This document shows, in pieces, positions 37,627-51,021 of a stretch of 64,000 nucleotides of DNA. The stretch's first letter is position 1. The number at the start of each line of letters is the position of its first letter. A program made the position numbers and the translations under genes. The notes beneath the pieces were generated by a model. That model worked only from the letters and a program-made list of their open reading frames with translations. It did no database searches and was not told the DNA's origin. The stretch lies in NCBI RefSeq assembly GCF_058153355.1, contig NZ_CM177019.1; one strand, written 5' to 3'.

Positions 37627-38094
37627 TTACTGGAAGACCACTTTTTTCACCAGTAAATCCTTATACGGTGCGCTCATTTTGCGACGCTGAAGATCTTGCT
37701 TTAGCGCGTCAGAAATCAGTTTGCGGATGGCAGATATTTTCATGCCGCGCAAATCTTCAAATTTCATTTCCGTCAGGCATTCAACTGCAATACTTTGATA
37801 CAGCGGCTCCTGATTTTTTATTTTTTCCGCTTCTTTATCATTGGCGACCACCATGACTAACTCCGCCGACAAATAATGATCCGCGCCATTTTTATCATGC
37901 AGCGTGACAATGGTTTCCGGTAAGGTCACAAATACGCTTTTGCTCTCATCCAGAGTTTCCACGGATTCCGTCTGCGCGGCGGCAGTCGGTTTTCCTTTTC
38001 CGGCATAGTGATGCCAGACTCCCCATCCTGCTCCGGCACCTACCACTAACGCCAGCACGGCGCTGACCACGCCCGCCACCACGATTTTCTTCAT
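37627..38094 (-). CDS. lafF: FliL-like flagellar basal body-associated protein
   Basis: 155 aa, N-terminal TM helix, FliL-like C-terminus; position between lafE and lafS. Confidence 0.7.
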   Translation of the reverse strand: MKKIVVAGVVSAVLALVVGAGAGWGVWHHYAGKGKPTAAAQTESVETLDESKSVFVTLPETIVTLHDKNGADHYLSAELVMVVANDKEAEKIKNQEPLYQSIAVECLTEMKFEDLRGMKISAIRKLISDALKQDLQRRKMSAPYKDLLVKKVVFQ

Positions 38095-38101
38095 CTTGCC
38101 T

Positions 38102-39166
38102 TTACACTTTGATTAAAACGGATTCGTTCTGTGGAAATTGAGGCGCATCGTCAAGAAGTAAGGCGGCACTCACCTCTTCCTGCTGATGGCCCGACTGTTG
38201 TTGCTGTTGCTGCGACTGCCCTTCGGAGGAAACCTGTACGTTCACCTCCATAAAATTTTGCGCCGTCAGATGCTGGCGGAGATCGTCGCTAAACTGCTGT
38301 AACGCGCGACAAACCTCGCTTTGGTTCGCGCCGATGTGCACCGTCAGTTTGCCGTTGTCGAGTTGCACGGCGATCTCGAGCTTGCCAAGCGACGGCGGAT
38401 CAAGACGTATCGTGGAGATCTGCTGTTGTTTGTTGAGCTGAAAGTGGATCTGATCTTTCAGAAGCGTCGTCAGCTTTTCGCCCAGTTCGTCCATCGAAAA
38501 CGTGGCTGGTTTGGCGACAATCTCCTGATGATCGCTGACCAGCTCCGGCGTCTTAACCTGCAACACGGCCCTCGCAATAACCGGCTCGCTGTCTGCTACT
38601 TTTTCCGTTTTACGCTCGACCTGCGGGCGCGCGGTCACGCGGTTTGGCTCAGGTTTCGGACGAGCGGGCTGTGCCGATACGCGCGGCTGCGTCGGCGCAA
38701 TGGCATGTAAATCTTCACTGGCGTAAGTCGCCAGTCTGGCCTGCTGCTCCGGTTTCGCCTGTGGCAACTGGCCGACCAGCGCCTGCAACTGCGGCGGCAA
38801 CGGCGTGGGCTCCTGCTGTTGCGTCGGGTATTGTGGCGCGTTTTGCGCCACCGCTTTCGTCAAGTGCTGGATAACCGGCGATGTTGCGACATTTCGCGGC
38901 TGCGGCGTGTCCTGATGCAGCGCGGCAGGTTGCGGAAGTAACAGTGCCAGTAGCGCCTGCATCGCCACCGGATCGTTCTCCTGCGGGCGCGTCGCCTGTT
39001 GCTGGCTGGTTTTAGCGCTATGAACGCGCTCCGCCACCGCCGCGACCGCCATTTTCGGCAGGGTAAACGCGGGCGCGTTTTCACCGCTCACCGGCGGTAA
39101 AATATCCGCTTTCAGCGACGCCGTTTCCGCAAGCGTTCCGAGCGTGGCAAGCAATGCCGGATTCAT
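38102..39166 (-). CDS. lafE: FliK-like hook-length control protein
   Basis: 354 aa Pro/Gln-rich with C-terminal FliK domain (IRLDPPSLGKLEIAVQLDNGKLTVHI). Confidence 0.7.
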   Translation of the reverse strand: MNPALLATLGTLAETASLKADILPPVSGENAPAFTLPKMAVAAVAERVHSAKTSQQQATRPQENDPVAMQALLALLLPQPAALHQDTPQPRNVATSPVIQHLTKAVAQNAPQYPTQQQEPTPLPPQLQALVGQLPQAKPEQQARLATYASEDLHAIAPTQPRVSAQPARPKPEPNRVTARPQVERKTEKVADSEPVIARAVLQVKTPELVSDHQEIVAKPATFSMDELGEKLTTLLKDQIHFQLNKQQQISTIRLDPPSLGKLEIAVQLDNGKLTVHIGANQSEVCRALQQFSDDLRQHLTAQNFMEVNVQVSSEGQSQQQQQQSGHQQEEVSAALLLDDAPQFPQNESVLIKV

Positions 39167-39474
39167 GACTTATCCGAAAGTAAATTAATAATTGAGTAGG
39201 CCAGCACGCCTTCCTGATGGCGCTGATGCTGTTCCATACGCGCCTTCAACACTTCTGCACGCTGCTCGCGCCGTTTAATCAGGGCATTAAACGCGCCGTA
39301 CAATTGTGCTTTCACCGCACACAACTGCGCCGCATCGGTTTCCGCCGCTGCGTAATCGTGAAACTGGCGCATCAACTGCTTATGCAGTGCCGGAAGGCGT
39401 CGCCAGCGTTGTTTATCCAGCGATTCATTCATCGCCTCAATCAGCGCGAAAAGTTGCCTGCATTGTTTTTCCAT
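39163..39474 (-). CDS. lafD: FliT-like flagellar chaperone (lateral system)
   Basis: 103 aa helical protein between fliS-like and fliK-like genes; assigned by position. Confidence 0.5.
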   Translation of the reverse strand: MEKQCRQLFALIEAMNESLDKQRWRRLPALHKQLMRQFHDYAAAETDAAQLCAVKAQLYGAFNALIKRREQRAEVLKARMEQHQRHQEGVLAYSIINLLSDKS

Positions 39475-39478
39475 CGTC

Positions 39479-39871
39479 TTAACCCAGCTTGCCCGAAAGC
39501 CCTTCCCAGCCTTCGCGCAGGTTGCTTAAAATCAGCATCACTTCATCGATTTTCTCCGCCGACAGCTCGCCGCTGGCCTCATACAAGCGATAAACGCAGT
39601 GGTCATAGAGGCGCGAAAGATTCACCACCAGCTCGCCGCCGGTTTCAAATTCCAGCGAACTGGTGAGTGCATTGAGAATGTCGATGCATTTATTGATGCT
39701 CTGGGCTTTCTTCTCGAAACGCCGCCCTTCAATATGACTTTTGGCGCGTTCCAGCTCGTCCATCAGGCCAGAAAACAGCACCAGCACCAGTTCCAGAGGC
39801 GAAGCCGCCGCAGTACGCGCCGCGAGATCGATCTCTTTATATTGCGAATAGCCATCCTGTACTTGGTACAT
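39479..39871 (-). CDS. lafC: FliS-like flagellin-specific chaperone
   Basis: 130 aa with FliS-family pattern. Confidence 0.8.
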   Translation of the reverse strand: MYQVQDGYSQYKEIDLAARTAAASPLELVLVLFSGLMDELERAKSHIEGRRFEKKAQSINKCIDILNALTSSLEFETGGELVVNLSRLYDHCVYRLYEASGELSAEKIDEVMLILSNLREGWEGLSGKLG

Positions 39872-39893
39872 CTTTAGGGATATTCCTTCTGAG

Positions 39894-41210
39894 TTACGCG
39901 AATGCCGCCATGCTGGCTTTCATGGTGTACACCTCAACCAGCGTGTTGGTGTACTCCTCCAGATAACGGTCGTAGTTGGCGTTATAGGTATCGGTAAGCT
40001 GATCGCCTTCGTCCTGAATTTTGCTCATCTGATCGTCAATGTTCTGCTGGCGCAGGGTGATGATGCCGTTGCTGGAGTCCGTGTAGGTGTTAATCAGGTC
40101 ATCCATCTGCGCCACCATGCTGTTGTCGCCAACGAAAATAGAGGTCAGACCGTCAGGATTTTTCGCCATTTCGTCGTTGAACTGGTCGGAGTCAATCTGT
40201 AAGTGGCCGTGAGAATCAAGCGTGATGCCATAGTCAACAATCGACACCCCGTTGTAGCTGGCATGGGCGATATCATCGAGCTGGTTCGCCAGTGAGCTGA
40301 GTCCGGCGTCACCCGCAAATACCCCGGCGCTGGTACTGTCATCACCGTGGGTGGTCAACGAATCAACCGTATCAATCAAGGTGTTATAGGCATCAACAAA
40401 GGTCTGTACTTTCTCCTGGCTGGCGCTGGAATCTTCGCTGATGTTAAAGGTAGTGAGATCGCTGTCAGAATCGCTGACTTCGGTGAAAGTCATGGTGACG
40501 CCGGGGATCACATCATCAAAGGTGTTGCTGCTATTGGTGATCTCTGGCCCCGTGGCGCTGCCGAGATGAATAATCGCGTCCTGAGCGGAGGAAACATCCG
40601 TGGCAACGGGCGCGCTGGCGCTGTCGTTGCTGGCGTCATGCCCCGTTACGCTCACCGAAAATGCGCTCTGCGCCCCGGTGCTGTCCGAGGTGAGCATAAT
40701 GGTGGTGGTGCCGTCGGTTTTCACCAGCGCCGCCGACACACCTGGATTGTCATCGGAGTCGTTAATCGCATTCACCAGCTCGCTGGCGTCGATAAAACCG
40801 TCGCCGTCACCGTTCTGATCCGCCGCCGACAGATCAATATCCATGGTGCTGTCGCCCATCGTCAGTTCAAAAGTGCCGGTAGCGGAAAAGGCGTCGTCGC
40901 CCATACTGAACGTGGTCTGCTGCCCCTGCGCCAGTTGCTCAACATAAAATGAGTAGCTTCCCGCCTGCGCCTGCGAGTTAGCGGACACGGTCGCCGAGTC
41001 ATTATTGCTGGTGGCGGCAAACGTTACCGGGCCGTCGGTATCGCTGTTCAGCGCATCGACGGCACTTTGAAAATCGCTCAACGCCGAGCTGAGCGTATCC
41101 AGGCCGCTGCTTTCGGCATCCAGCTCCGTTTGCTTTTCCTGCAAATTTGCCGCCTGAGTGGCGACATCCGCATAAGCGATTTCCTGGGCAATAGTTCTTG
41201 GGTTAATCAT
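39894..41210 (-). CDS. lafB: FliD-like filament cap protein
   Basis: 438 aa with FliD-like N- and C-terminal coiled regions. Confidence 0.8.
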   Translation of the reverse strand: MINPRTIAQEIAYADVATQAANLQEKQTELDAESSGLDTLSSALSDFQSAVDALNSDTDGPVTFAATSNNDSATVSANSQAQAGSYSFYVEQLAQGQQTTFSMGDDAFSATGTFELTMGDSTMDIDLSAADQNGDGDGFIDASELVNAINDSDDNPGVSAALVKTDGTTTIMLTSDSTGAQSAFSVSVTGHDASNDSASAPVATDVSSAQDAIIHLGSATGPEITNSSNTFDDVIPGVTMTFTEVSDSDSDLTTFNISEDSSASQEKVQTFVDAYNTLIDTVDSLTTHGDDSTSAGVFAGDAGLSSLANQLDDIAHASYNGVSIVDYGITLDSHGHLQIDSDQFNDEMAKNPDGLTSIFVGDNSMVAQMDDLINTYTDSSNGIITLRQQNIDDQMSKIQDEGDQLTDTYNANYDRYLEEYTNTLVEVYTMKASMAAFA

Positions 41211-41372
41211 TGATGACTCCGGTTAACGATATCAGGTTATTGGCAAAAGGCGTGCCAATAATTTTTATGTGAATAATCAATAGATTGAAAAATGGGCGGA
41301 AAGCGTGTTTCCGGTTCGGCGGAAAAGTGCCTGCCGCAAAAAGCACAACACCGCCCGCAGGCGGTATTGTTT

Positions 41373-42881
<1,509 letters not shown>

Positions 42882-42987
42882 CATGCCTGCAATCTGGGAA
42901 ACCGGGGTAGAAAAAAACTTGCAGGCCATAACAGTATCTACGGGTCCGCACCTGTTTTTATGCGTCTGCCCGTTTGTAGGCCCGAAC

Positions 42988-43902
42988 TTACTGCAGCAGG
43001 CTGGAAACCATGCTGGACATGCTGTTGGACTGTTTCAGCATGGTAATACCGGTCTGCATCAGCACCTGCTGTTTGGTCATGTTGGACGCTTCCGTCGCGT
43101 AATCGGTATCCATAATGTTGCCGATAGCGACTTCGGTGTTGTCCTGCATGCTGGTCAGGTTGTTTGCGGTGTCGTTCAGACGGTTGATAGACGCACCCAG
43201 CTTGGACTGGATCTGCGAAACATCATCCATCGCGGTAGAAATGCTGGTGATCATCTGGTTAGCCGAGCCAGATGCGGTCAGTTCAGTACCGCCAGAAACG
43301 CCTGCGGTGCCCGTGGTGTCAGCCTGATCCGCACTGAAGGAGTTGCTGATAGCAGAAAGATCCGTCACCAGCGTGTTCAGCTGGCTTGAAATATTCACGG
43401 TCATGGTGTCGGAAGATTCCGCTCCCACCTGGAAAGTTACTGCGCTCTGGAACAGACCGTCAGTACCGGTGTTGCTGGTACCGGAAACACCGAACAGGTT
43501 GGTGCCGCCATAAGTGGTGTTTTGCAGCATGTCAGACATCTGCTGACCCAGTTCGTCGTATTCGTCCTGCATCGCCTGCAGATCGTCGTCGCTGTAGGTG
43601 CCGTTCGCTGCCTGAGTTGACAGGTCTTTCATACGACCCAGCACATCAGACATTTCATCGAACATACTGTCGGCGGTTTGCAGCATCGCCGTTGCATCAT
43701 TAATGTTGCTCAGTGCCACACCCATACCGCTGGACTGTGCAGTCAGACGGTTAGCAATCTGTTTGCCTGCGGCGTCATCGGCAGAAGAGTTAATCCGGTT
43801 ACCTGTTGCCAGGCGTTCCATAGATGTAGACAAAGAAGAGCTGCTTTTGCTGATTGCATTAACGGCGGCCATTGAGGCGTTATTGGTGTTAATAGATAAC
43901 AT
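42988..43902 (-). CDS. lafA: Lateral flagellin
   Basis: Start moved to MLSINTNNASMAAVNAI with AAGGAG RBS (track start is an upstream alternative codon); conserved flagellin N- and C-terminal domains. Confidence 0.9.
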   Translation of the reverse strand: MLSINTNNASMAAVNAISKSSSSLSTSMERLATGNRINSSADDAAGKQIANRLTAQSSGMGVALSNINDATAMLQTADSMFDEMSDVLGRMKDLSTQAANGTYSDDDLQAMQDEYDELGQQMSDMLQNTTYGGTNLFGVSGTSNTGTDGLFQSAVTFQVGAESSDTMTVNISSQLNTLVTDLSAISNSFSADQADTTGTAGVSGGTELTASGSANQMITSISTAMDDVSQIQSKLGASINRLNDTANNLTSMQDNTEVAIGNIMDTDYATEASNMTKQQVLMQTGITMLKQSNSMSSMVSSLLQ

Positions 43903-44388
43903 GATACTGCTCCTTGGGATTAATCGTTTTCGTTTCGATACCCTGTAAAAACGACACCTCAGGAGCAAACTTAAAATCACTATGAAAAAAAATTTCGCCA
44001 CGTATTATCTGATGCCACTTTTAGCTAAAAAAAGCAGAGTTTAAATTCAGATAAAAAGATTATTAGCAATATCTGCCACATGGCCAGGTATCAAAATATG
44101 TCTTTATCAATTGCTTGATATAGTTAAGATTGTCATCAATTAACGCGTTTTCTTCACAATGTACTGATGCCAAAATTTACATTGCGTTGCAAATAGTACA
44201 CATTTGGCTATTGTACCTGTCCTGTCATTTCGTTACATTCCCACGCCATATAGTGATTAAGAATAATCCTATTACCATAAAATATTAATTATCACGCAGA
44301 AAAATCATCTTCTCAGGGACGTATAAGACTGTGCTTTATGTAAAGCACTATCAGGAACCATTTATCCCTTGCTAAGGTAAACTCAACT

Positions 44389-45231
44389 ATGAGTATTATT
44401 ATCAACAACTGGCGGATGGACCCGTCACTCAATGCCTTAATACATTGCGAAACGGGTGAAACACGTCGTCTCGGCGAATACCATTTTATTTTGCTGGAAA
44501 CATTAGCAAAAAATGCCGATGTGGTTTTATCACGATCTTATTTATGTGCCGAAGTATGGAAGAACCGCATTGTCGGCGGTAACAGCCTGCCGACGGCGAT
44601 CCACGCTCTGCGCGTTGCCATTGATGATGACGGCAAGCAACAGAACATTATTAAAACTATCCCGAAAAAAGGGTACCTGTGCAATAAAGAATATGTGTCT
44701 TTGCCGGAGTCATCGCCTGCAGAAGCGCTGATTATTACCGACCAGATACAGGATACAGCCCCAGAAGAGATATCTTCGACAACACCGCCTGTACCTGTTA
44801 GAAAAAAACATAAAGGACTGATGGGGTTAGCGTTGGCCGCAGCTGTTATATTTATTGGCTCGACCGTGGGGTATTCACACTTGAAAAGTACACCTGACGC
44901 CCCGCAACTGGTAAAAGAGTCAATTAACAGTCCAAGAATAAAAATATTTCATTTAACTTCTGCTGGAGAAAATAATTCCGTACCGTTACTGTCACAAACC
45001 CTCGCACCAGGAAAAGACAAACTCGATAATTTATTGTCAGCGCATAATATGACAATGACAACCTATTATAAATATGTTCGTAACCGACTGGAGAGTGATA
45101 TTGTTCTGCGCAACCAGTGCAATGGTAGCTGGCAATTAACCTTTAATGTGGAAGGCTGGCAGAACAGTGATATTAATAGCACGATGTATCAGAATTTAGA
45201 GAAGTTGTTAAAGACTGTGCAGAAGTGCTGA
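44389..45231 (+). CDS. lafZ: ToxR/CadC-like membrane-anchored winged-helix transcriptional regulator
   Basis: 280 aa; N-terminal OmpR/PhoB-type DNA-binding domain, one TM segment (GLMGLALAAAVIFIGSTVGY), periplasmic C-terminus; gene symbol by position in Flag-2. Confidence 0.6.
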   Translation: MSIIINNWRMDPSLNALIHCETGETRRLGEYHFILLETLAKNADVVLSRSYLCAEVWKNRIVGGNSLPTAIHALRVAIDDDGKQQNIIKTIPKKGYLCNKEYVSLPESSPAEALIITDQIQDTAPEEISSTTPPVPVRKKHKGLMGLALAAAVIFIGSTVGYSHLKSTPDAPQLVKESINSPRIKIFHLTSAGENNSVPLLSQTLAPGKDKLDNLLSAHNMTMTTYYKYVRNRLESDIVLRNQCNGSWQLTFNVEGWQNSDINSTMYQNLEKLLKTVQKC

Positions 45232-45245
45232 TGAGTGCCAATATA

Positions 45246-45283
45246 TGCCGGATGCGACGCTAAAGGCGTCTTATCCGGCCTAC
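45246..45283. repeat. REP element
   Basis: GCCGGATGCGACGCTAAAGGCGTCTTATCCGGCCTAC palindromic unit after lafZ. Confidence 0.6.
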
Positions 45284-45534
45284 GAAAATCCCGAATGAAA
45301 TCAATCGGAATTGCTGATAGTTTTAGTTATTGGTAACTCTAGCTTTTTATTAATGACAGTTTGCCGGAGTCGTTCTGCTTTTTTTATTATTCGCCTACGA
45401 CTTTCAGGGCTTTGCTTATCCATCAGTTGCTTGAGAGTAGCCATTTCATTCCTTTTTTAACCCGCAGAGTTACAGCATATTCTGCACTGAAATGATTTTT
45501 TACGACAACCTCATTTGATTGATTTTCAATAACC

Positions 45535-46512
45535 CTACCCCAATAAATTCCTCACTGTCTGGCTGGAAATTCGCGCCTGACCGTTCACCGCCTGCAATAA
45601 AACCTGATAGTTATGATTGGCGCTGTCGAGCACACCGCCGAGATTTTCCGACGCCTGTACCGCGCTTTCTGTCTGCGGAAAGCGGGACATGCCGTCGATC
45701 AACTGGCGGGCTTTTTCCTGCTGCACCGCCATCTTCGCGCGCTGCTGATTAATGTTTTCTAACGTCTGAGAAATCCCCGCCCCGCCCTGTTGCAGGCTTT
45801 GCGCTAACCGCTCGGCTTCAGAGGGTTCGGCAAAGGTTTTTAGCGGCATAAACGCTGATTTATCGCCATCGGTGCGCACGCTTAAGGTGCGCTCGATATG
45901 GGGCCATTGTTTTTCAGTGGTGGAGAAACTGATGCCATCCGCTTGCTGATGCAGCTGCACGCCTACGCGGCGCAGGGCGTTGGTCAGCCGTGTCTGGTAC
46001 TGCCCGGCGTTATCATCCTCAGACAGCATCACCGCCGAAAGCTGGGTCTGCCGCCCGTCAGAAACGCTGAACATCCGCGTTCCCGGTGTGGGGTTGTTGA
46101 CGAGATTTGCCAGATCCGGCGAGTGAAAGGTCACCCGCGCTTCGCCCTGTAACACCGGCTGCAACTGGCGGTCCACCGCGCCGCCGGAAAGTGCGGTGCG
46201 TTTATCCAGCATCTGCGTGAGCGCCGTACCCTGCGCCTGCCCGCTCTTACGCTGGCTATGACGATAATCGAGCAACTGCTGTTCCAGTTGCCCGAGATAG
46301 TGATCCGCCTGCTGCAAGGTGGTGAGCTGGTCGTTAAGCTGCACGCTGTAACGCTGCGGGCGAGTGGTAATCAGCGGTGAGACCGGATATTCACTCGCCG
46401 TCGCCGGGAGCTTTTGCCGCACCGCCTGAGTGGGCGCAATGGTTGACGACGATACCGCGGCGCTATGCGCGCCGCCGGTGGCGAGTGATGAAGATGTAAG
46501 TCCGACCTGCAT
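45535..46512 (-). CDS. lafW: Lateral flagellar protein LafW-like (putative hook-associated/secreted component)
   Basis: 325 aa Gln-rich protein between lfgL and lafZ; assigned by position. Confidence 0.5.
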   Translation of the reverse strand: MQVGLTSSSLATGGAHSAAVSSSTIAPTQAVRQKLPATASEYPVSPLITTRPQRYSVQLNDQLTTLQQADHYLGQLEQQLLDYRHSQRKSGQAQGTALTQMLDKRTALSGGAVDRQLQPVLQGEARVTFHSPDLANLVNNPTPGTRMFSVSDGRQTQLSAVMLSEDDNAGQYQTRLTNALRRVGVQLHQQADGISFSTTEKQWPHIERTLSVRTDGDKSAFMPLKTFAEPSEAERLAQSLQQGGAGISQTLENINQQRAKMAVQQEKARQLIDGMSRFPQTESAVQASENLGGVLDSANHNYQVLLQAVNGQARISSQTVRNLLG

Positions 46513-46528
46513 ACTGTTCCTGAAAGAG

Positions 46529-47458
46529 TTAGAGAACGCTGAACAAATTCAACTCACTCACCTTCGAGTAAGTCTTGAGGGTAGCTTCCATTGCCACTTC
46601 CAGTCCGGTAAAGGTGATCGACGCCGGGCCGTAATCGAGATCCTGCAATGAACCAATCAACTCATCATTAGATGTCGAGATATCGGTCTGTGCATCGCTC
46701 AACATCGACATGGTGTTTTGTGTCTCGCCGAGCGACGCAATCGAGGCGTTGAGGTCGTCCGAGGCGGTGTCCACCACATTAACGGCGTTCTGAATATCGC
46801 TTTGTACCTGCGGATCTGCCGGGTCAACGTTAGGGTCTTGCAACTCCTGAGAGAGCGAATTGAGCGTGTTGAGTACATCTAAATTGCTGCCAAAGAAATC
46901 ACTCGCCGCCACGTTGGTATCTACTTCGACGCCGTTCGACACCGTAGTCTGGCGATGGTCGCTGTTACCCTGATAGCTGTAGCTATCGGTCACGCCATCA
47001 CCGTCATCGTCCACCGCCACAATCGGCGGTTGATCGTTGATGGTGCCGCCAAAGACGTAATTCCCGTCTTCATCCTGATAGTTGAGCGCCGCCACCATCG
47101 ATTCGGTGAGCGACTCAATATCCTGCCCAAGGCTTGCCAGCGAATTGGCGGTATTGGTGCCGTTCGCTGCTTCCAGCAGGTCGTCGCGCACCGCCAGCAG
47201 GCTGTTGTTGACGCCATCGAGAATCGACTCCTGCTGGCTTAAGCCCGCCGACGCGGAGTCGATATTGCTCTGATACTGCTCAATCGCCGACTGCTGGCGG
47301 TTCAACTGGGTGATTCGTGTGGCGGCGATAGGGTCATCTGATGGCTGCAAAATTTCCTTGCCGGTTGCCATCTGCTCGACCACGTGCGCCAGTTCGCCAG
47401 AAAGATTATTAAAGCTTTGCGTCATCGAGACGTAGGTTTGTTGAGTGGTTACTCGCAT
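46529..47458 (-). CDS. lfgL: FlgL-like hook-associated protein 3
   Basis: Start moved to MRVTTQQTYVSM with GGGAG RBS; flagellin-like N-terminal domain. Confidence 0.75.
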   Translation of the reverse strand: MRVTTQQTYVSMTQSFNNLSGELAHVVEQMATGKEILQPSDDPIAATRITQLNRQQSAIEQYQSNIDSASAGLSQQESILDGVNNSLLAVRDDLLEAANGTNTANSLASLGQDIESLTESMVAALNYQDEDGNYVFGGTINDQPPIVAVDDDGDGVTDSYSYQGNSDHRQTTVSNGVEVDTNVAASDFFGSNLDVLNTLNSLSQELQDPNVDPADPQVQSDIQNAVNVVDTASDDLNASIASLGETQNTMSMLSDAQTDISTSNDELIGSLQDLDYGPASITFTGLEVAMEATLKTYSKVSELNLFSVL

Positions 47459-47472
47459 TTTCGCGCTCCCGC

Positions 47473-48849
47473 TTAGCTGCACATTTCCAGCACCGAATCA
47501 AAAATCTCGGCCCCGGCGGAAATGACTTTCAGATTGGCTTCATAAATTTGTTGATAGGTGATCAGGTTCACCGCCTCTTCGTCCATGCTGACGCCGCTGA
47601 CACTGCTCTGCTGGTTTTGCGCCTCAGAATAAACATTGGACGCGGCAGTCACTTCGGTCTGGTTTTGCTGAGTGTAAATGCCGATATTGCTGATGATTGA
47701 CGAGCACGCTTGCCCGACCGTCACGCTGCCGAGGTTGGCTATCTCCAGCGGCTCAGTGGAGATGTTGATCAGCGCCTGCAGGTTGTCACTGTTGCCGCTT
47801 TCGTCCGGCGAACTGGAGAACGCCAGTTCATCAGCGGTGATATCCGGGTTAACGGTCAGCGGGCCATCGGCATTACTGGCATCGTAAATAAACAGCGGCT
47901 CGCCGGGGTTACCGTTGAGATCGTAGCCCTGCGCCAGCTGGTTGTTGACCGCATCGGCAAACTGCGACGCCATGCTGTTGATGGTGTCGGTCAGCGGCGT
48001 CAGGACGTCGTTTTGATAATCAAAAAGTGCGCCTAATGAACCGCCGGTGTCGGTGGTCATCGTCGAGGTGGTTCCGGCGAAGGTCAGCGACATGGTCGGC
48101 GTGCCATCGGCGTTGGTTTCCAGCGCGATGGTCGAGCTTTGCTGCCCGCTCACCAGCGGCTGACCGTTTTGCAGGGTAACGTTGTAGTTGCCCTGGTCGT
48201 CGATATTGACCTGCACATCCATCATTCCGCTGAGTTCTTCCACCATCTGGTCACGGGCGTCGTACAGCGCGGAGGCGTTATCCCCGTTGGCTTCGGCCTG
48301 GGCGATTTGCTGGTTATAGCTGGCGATGCCGCTGGTGAGGGTGTTAATTTGCGACACCATCGCCTGCTGCTGGCTGATGATTTCCGTGCTTTGCGAGTCG
48401 ATGTAATCCAGCGTGTTATCGATACGCAACGACAGCGCCCCGGCTTCGCTGATCACCTGCTCGCGCAGGGCAGAATCATCGGGGCTGGTGGTCGCTTCGT
48501 TGAGGGCCGCGAAAAAGTTATCGAACCCGCCGCTCAGGCTGCTGTTATCGTCGCTCAATACCGCTTCCAGTTGCGTGAGATACCCTTGCTGGGTGTTGTA
48601 ATAGCCGTAATCGCTGGCGGCATACCACACCTGATTCACCTGATACTGGTTGGAGACGCGACGAATGCTGTCGACCTGCACACCGTTTCCGGCGCTGTTC
48701 GGCGACCCGCCGCTGGCACCGATAGTGCTGATCTCCGCCACCTGGCGGGTGTAGCCCGTGGTCATGGCGTTAGCGGTGTTTTGCGCCGTGACGTTCAGCT
48801 CCACCTGCGCGGTTGATGCGCCGCTGTAGCCGATGTTAATCATGTCCAT
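47473..48849 (-). CDS. lfgK: FlgK-like hook-associated protein 1
   Basis: 458 aa; N-terminal rod/hook motif (TAQNTANAMTTGYTRQ) and FlgK C-terminus. Confidence 0.8.
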   Translation of the reverse strand: MDMINIGYSGASTAQVELNVTAQNTANAMTTGYTRQVAEISTIGASGGSPNSAGNGVQVDSIRRVSNQYQVNQVWYAASDYGYYNTQQGYLTQLEAVLSDDNSSLSGGFDNFFAALNEATTSPDDSALREQVISEAGALSLRIDNTLDYIDSQSTEIISQQQAMVSQINTLTSGIASYNQQIAQAEANGDNASALYDARDQMVEELSGMMDVQVNIDDQGNYNVTLQNGQPLVSGQQSSTIALETNADGTPTMSLTFAGTTSTMTTDTGGSLGALFDYQNDVLTPLTDTINSMASQFADAVNNQLAQGYDLNGNPGEPLFIYDASNADGPLTVNPDITADELAFSSSPDESGNSDNLQALINISTEPLEIANLGSVTVGQACSSIISNIGIYTQQNQTEVTAASNVYSEAQNQQSSVSGVSMDEEAVNLITYQQIYEANLKVISAGAEIFDSVLEMCS

Positions 48850-49042
48850 GTTGGATCCTTACCGGTAAATCGTGCCGGTTAAAAGCGGCGTGAAGTTGGA
48901 GATTCTTAAGTTCCGTAAACCGGGCGCCAGACACCGGATGCAGCCTGCATACGGGCACAAACATAAAAATATGTGCGAACTCGTAGATACTGTTATGGCC
49001 TGCAAGTTTTTTTCTACCCCGGTTTCCCAGATTGCAGGCATG

Positions 49043-50269
<1,227 letters not shown>

Positions 50270-50307
50270 TGATAAGCGTAGCGCATCAGGCAATCTGGCA
50301 CCAGACA

Positions 50308-51021
50308 TCACGCCGCATCACTGTCGGCATCGGGTACGCCAAACTGGCTAATCATGGTGAACGGCACTTCGCCTACACCGGCAACGTTAAGCACCGGAGA
50401 GCTGCCGTCGAGCGGGATGCGCACATCTTCCACTTCGCCGGAGACTTCAATCGGTACTTCTTCTTCCCCGGTATTGGTCACCACCGAGACGTCGTAATCG
50501 CCCGGCGGGATGCCGTAATCCGCCGGGTTAATCGAGAAATCCACTTGGCCTGGCCCAACCGACGAACTCCCTTCCGGGATCAGCGAGACGGTGTAGTCAT
50601 CGCCCGCAGCATCGGTAAAGTGGAGATCGGCGGTGGTACAGGCGTCGTCCAGCGTGGCGCGACCGTTAATGGTCTGGTCACTCACCTGCAAGGCGGTGGT
50701 CTGCACCATAATGTCGTCGCCCACCAGGTTGCCGAGCGCCATCACCTGAATGTTGCTCATCAGCACCGCGTTGGTATTGGCCTGCACGCTCATCTCTTCC
50801 ATCATCGCCACCTGCGCCATCGACGAAAGCTGGTCGATATATTCGGTGGCATCGGTCGGGTCGGTCGGGTCCTGGTTTTGGATCTCAGCGACAAACAGCG
50901 TCAGGAAAGTATCGACGGGCGAGCTATCGCTGCTGCTTGTCGTGTCGCTGGCTGCCACATTATTGCTTTCCGCCGTGGCGGTCGGTTGCGGCGATTGCGC
51001 ATTCAGCGCCAGGGTATTCAT
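50308..51021 (-). CDS. lfgD: FlgD-like hook capping/assembly protein
   Basis: 237 aa; FlgD-type motif FLTLFVAEIQNQDPTDPTD. Confidence 0.8.
   Translation of the reverse strand: MNTLALNAQSPQPTATAESNNVAASDTTSSSDSSPVDTFLTLFVAEIQNQDPTDPTDATEYIDQLSSMAQVAMMEEMSVQANTNAVLMSNIQVMALGNLVGDDIMVQTTALQVSDQTINGRATLDDACTTADLHFTDAAGDDYTVSLIPEGSSSVGPGQVDFSINPADYGIPPGDYDVSVVTNTGEEEVPIEVSGEVEDVRIPLDGSSPVLNVAGVGEVPFTMISQFGVPDADSDAA

Noticed and set aside
43903-44100. Possible sigma-28-type promoter upstream of lafA (TAAGTTTG ... TCGTTTTT)
   Set aside because: Only a partial match to the TAAAGTTT-N11-GCCGATAA consensus; the -10 half is poor, so no promoter was called.
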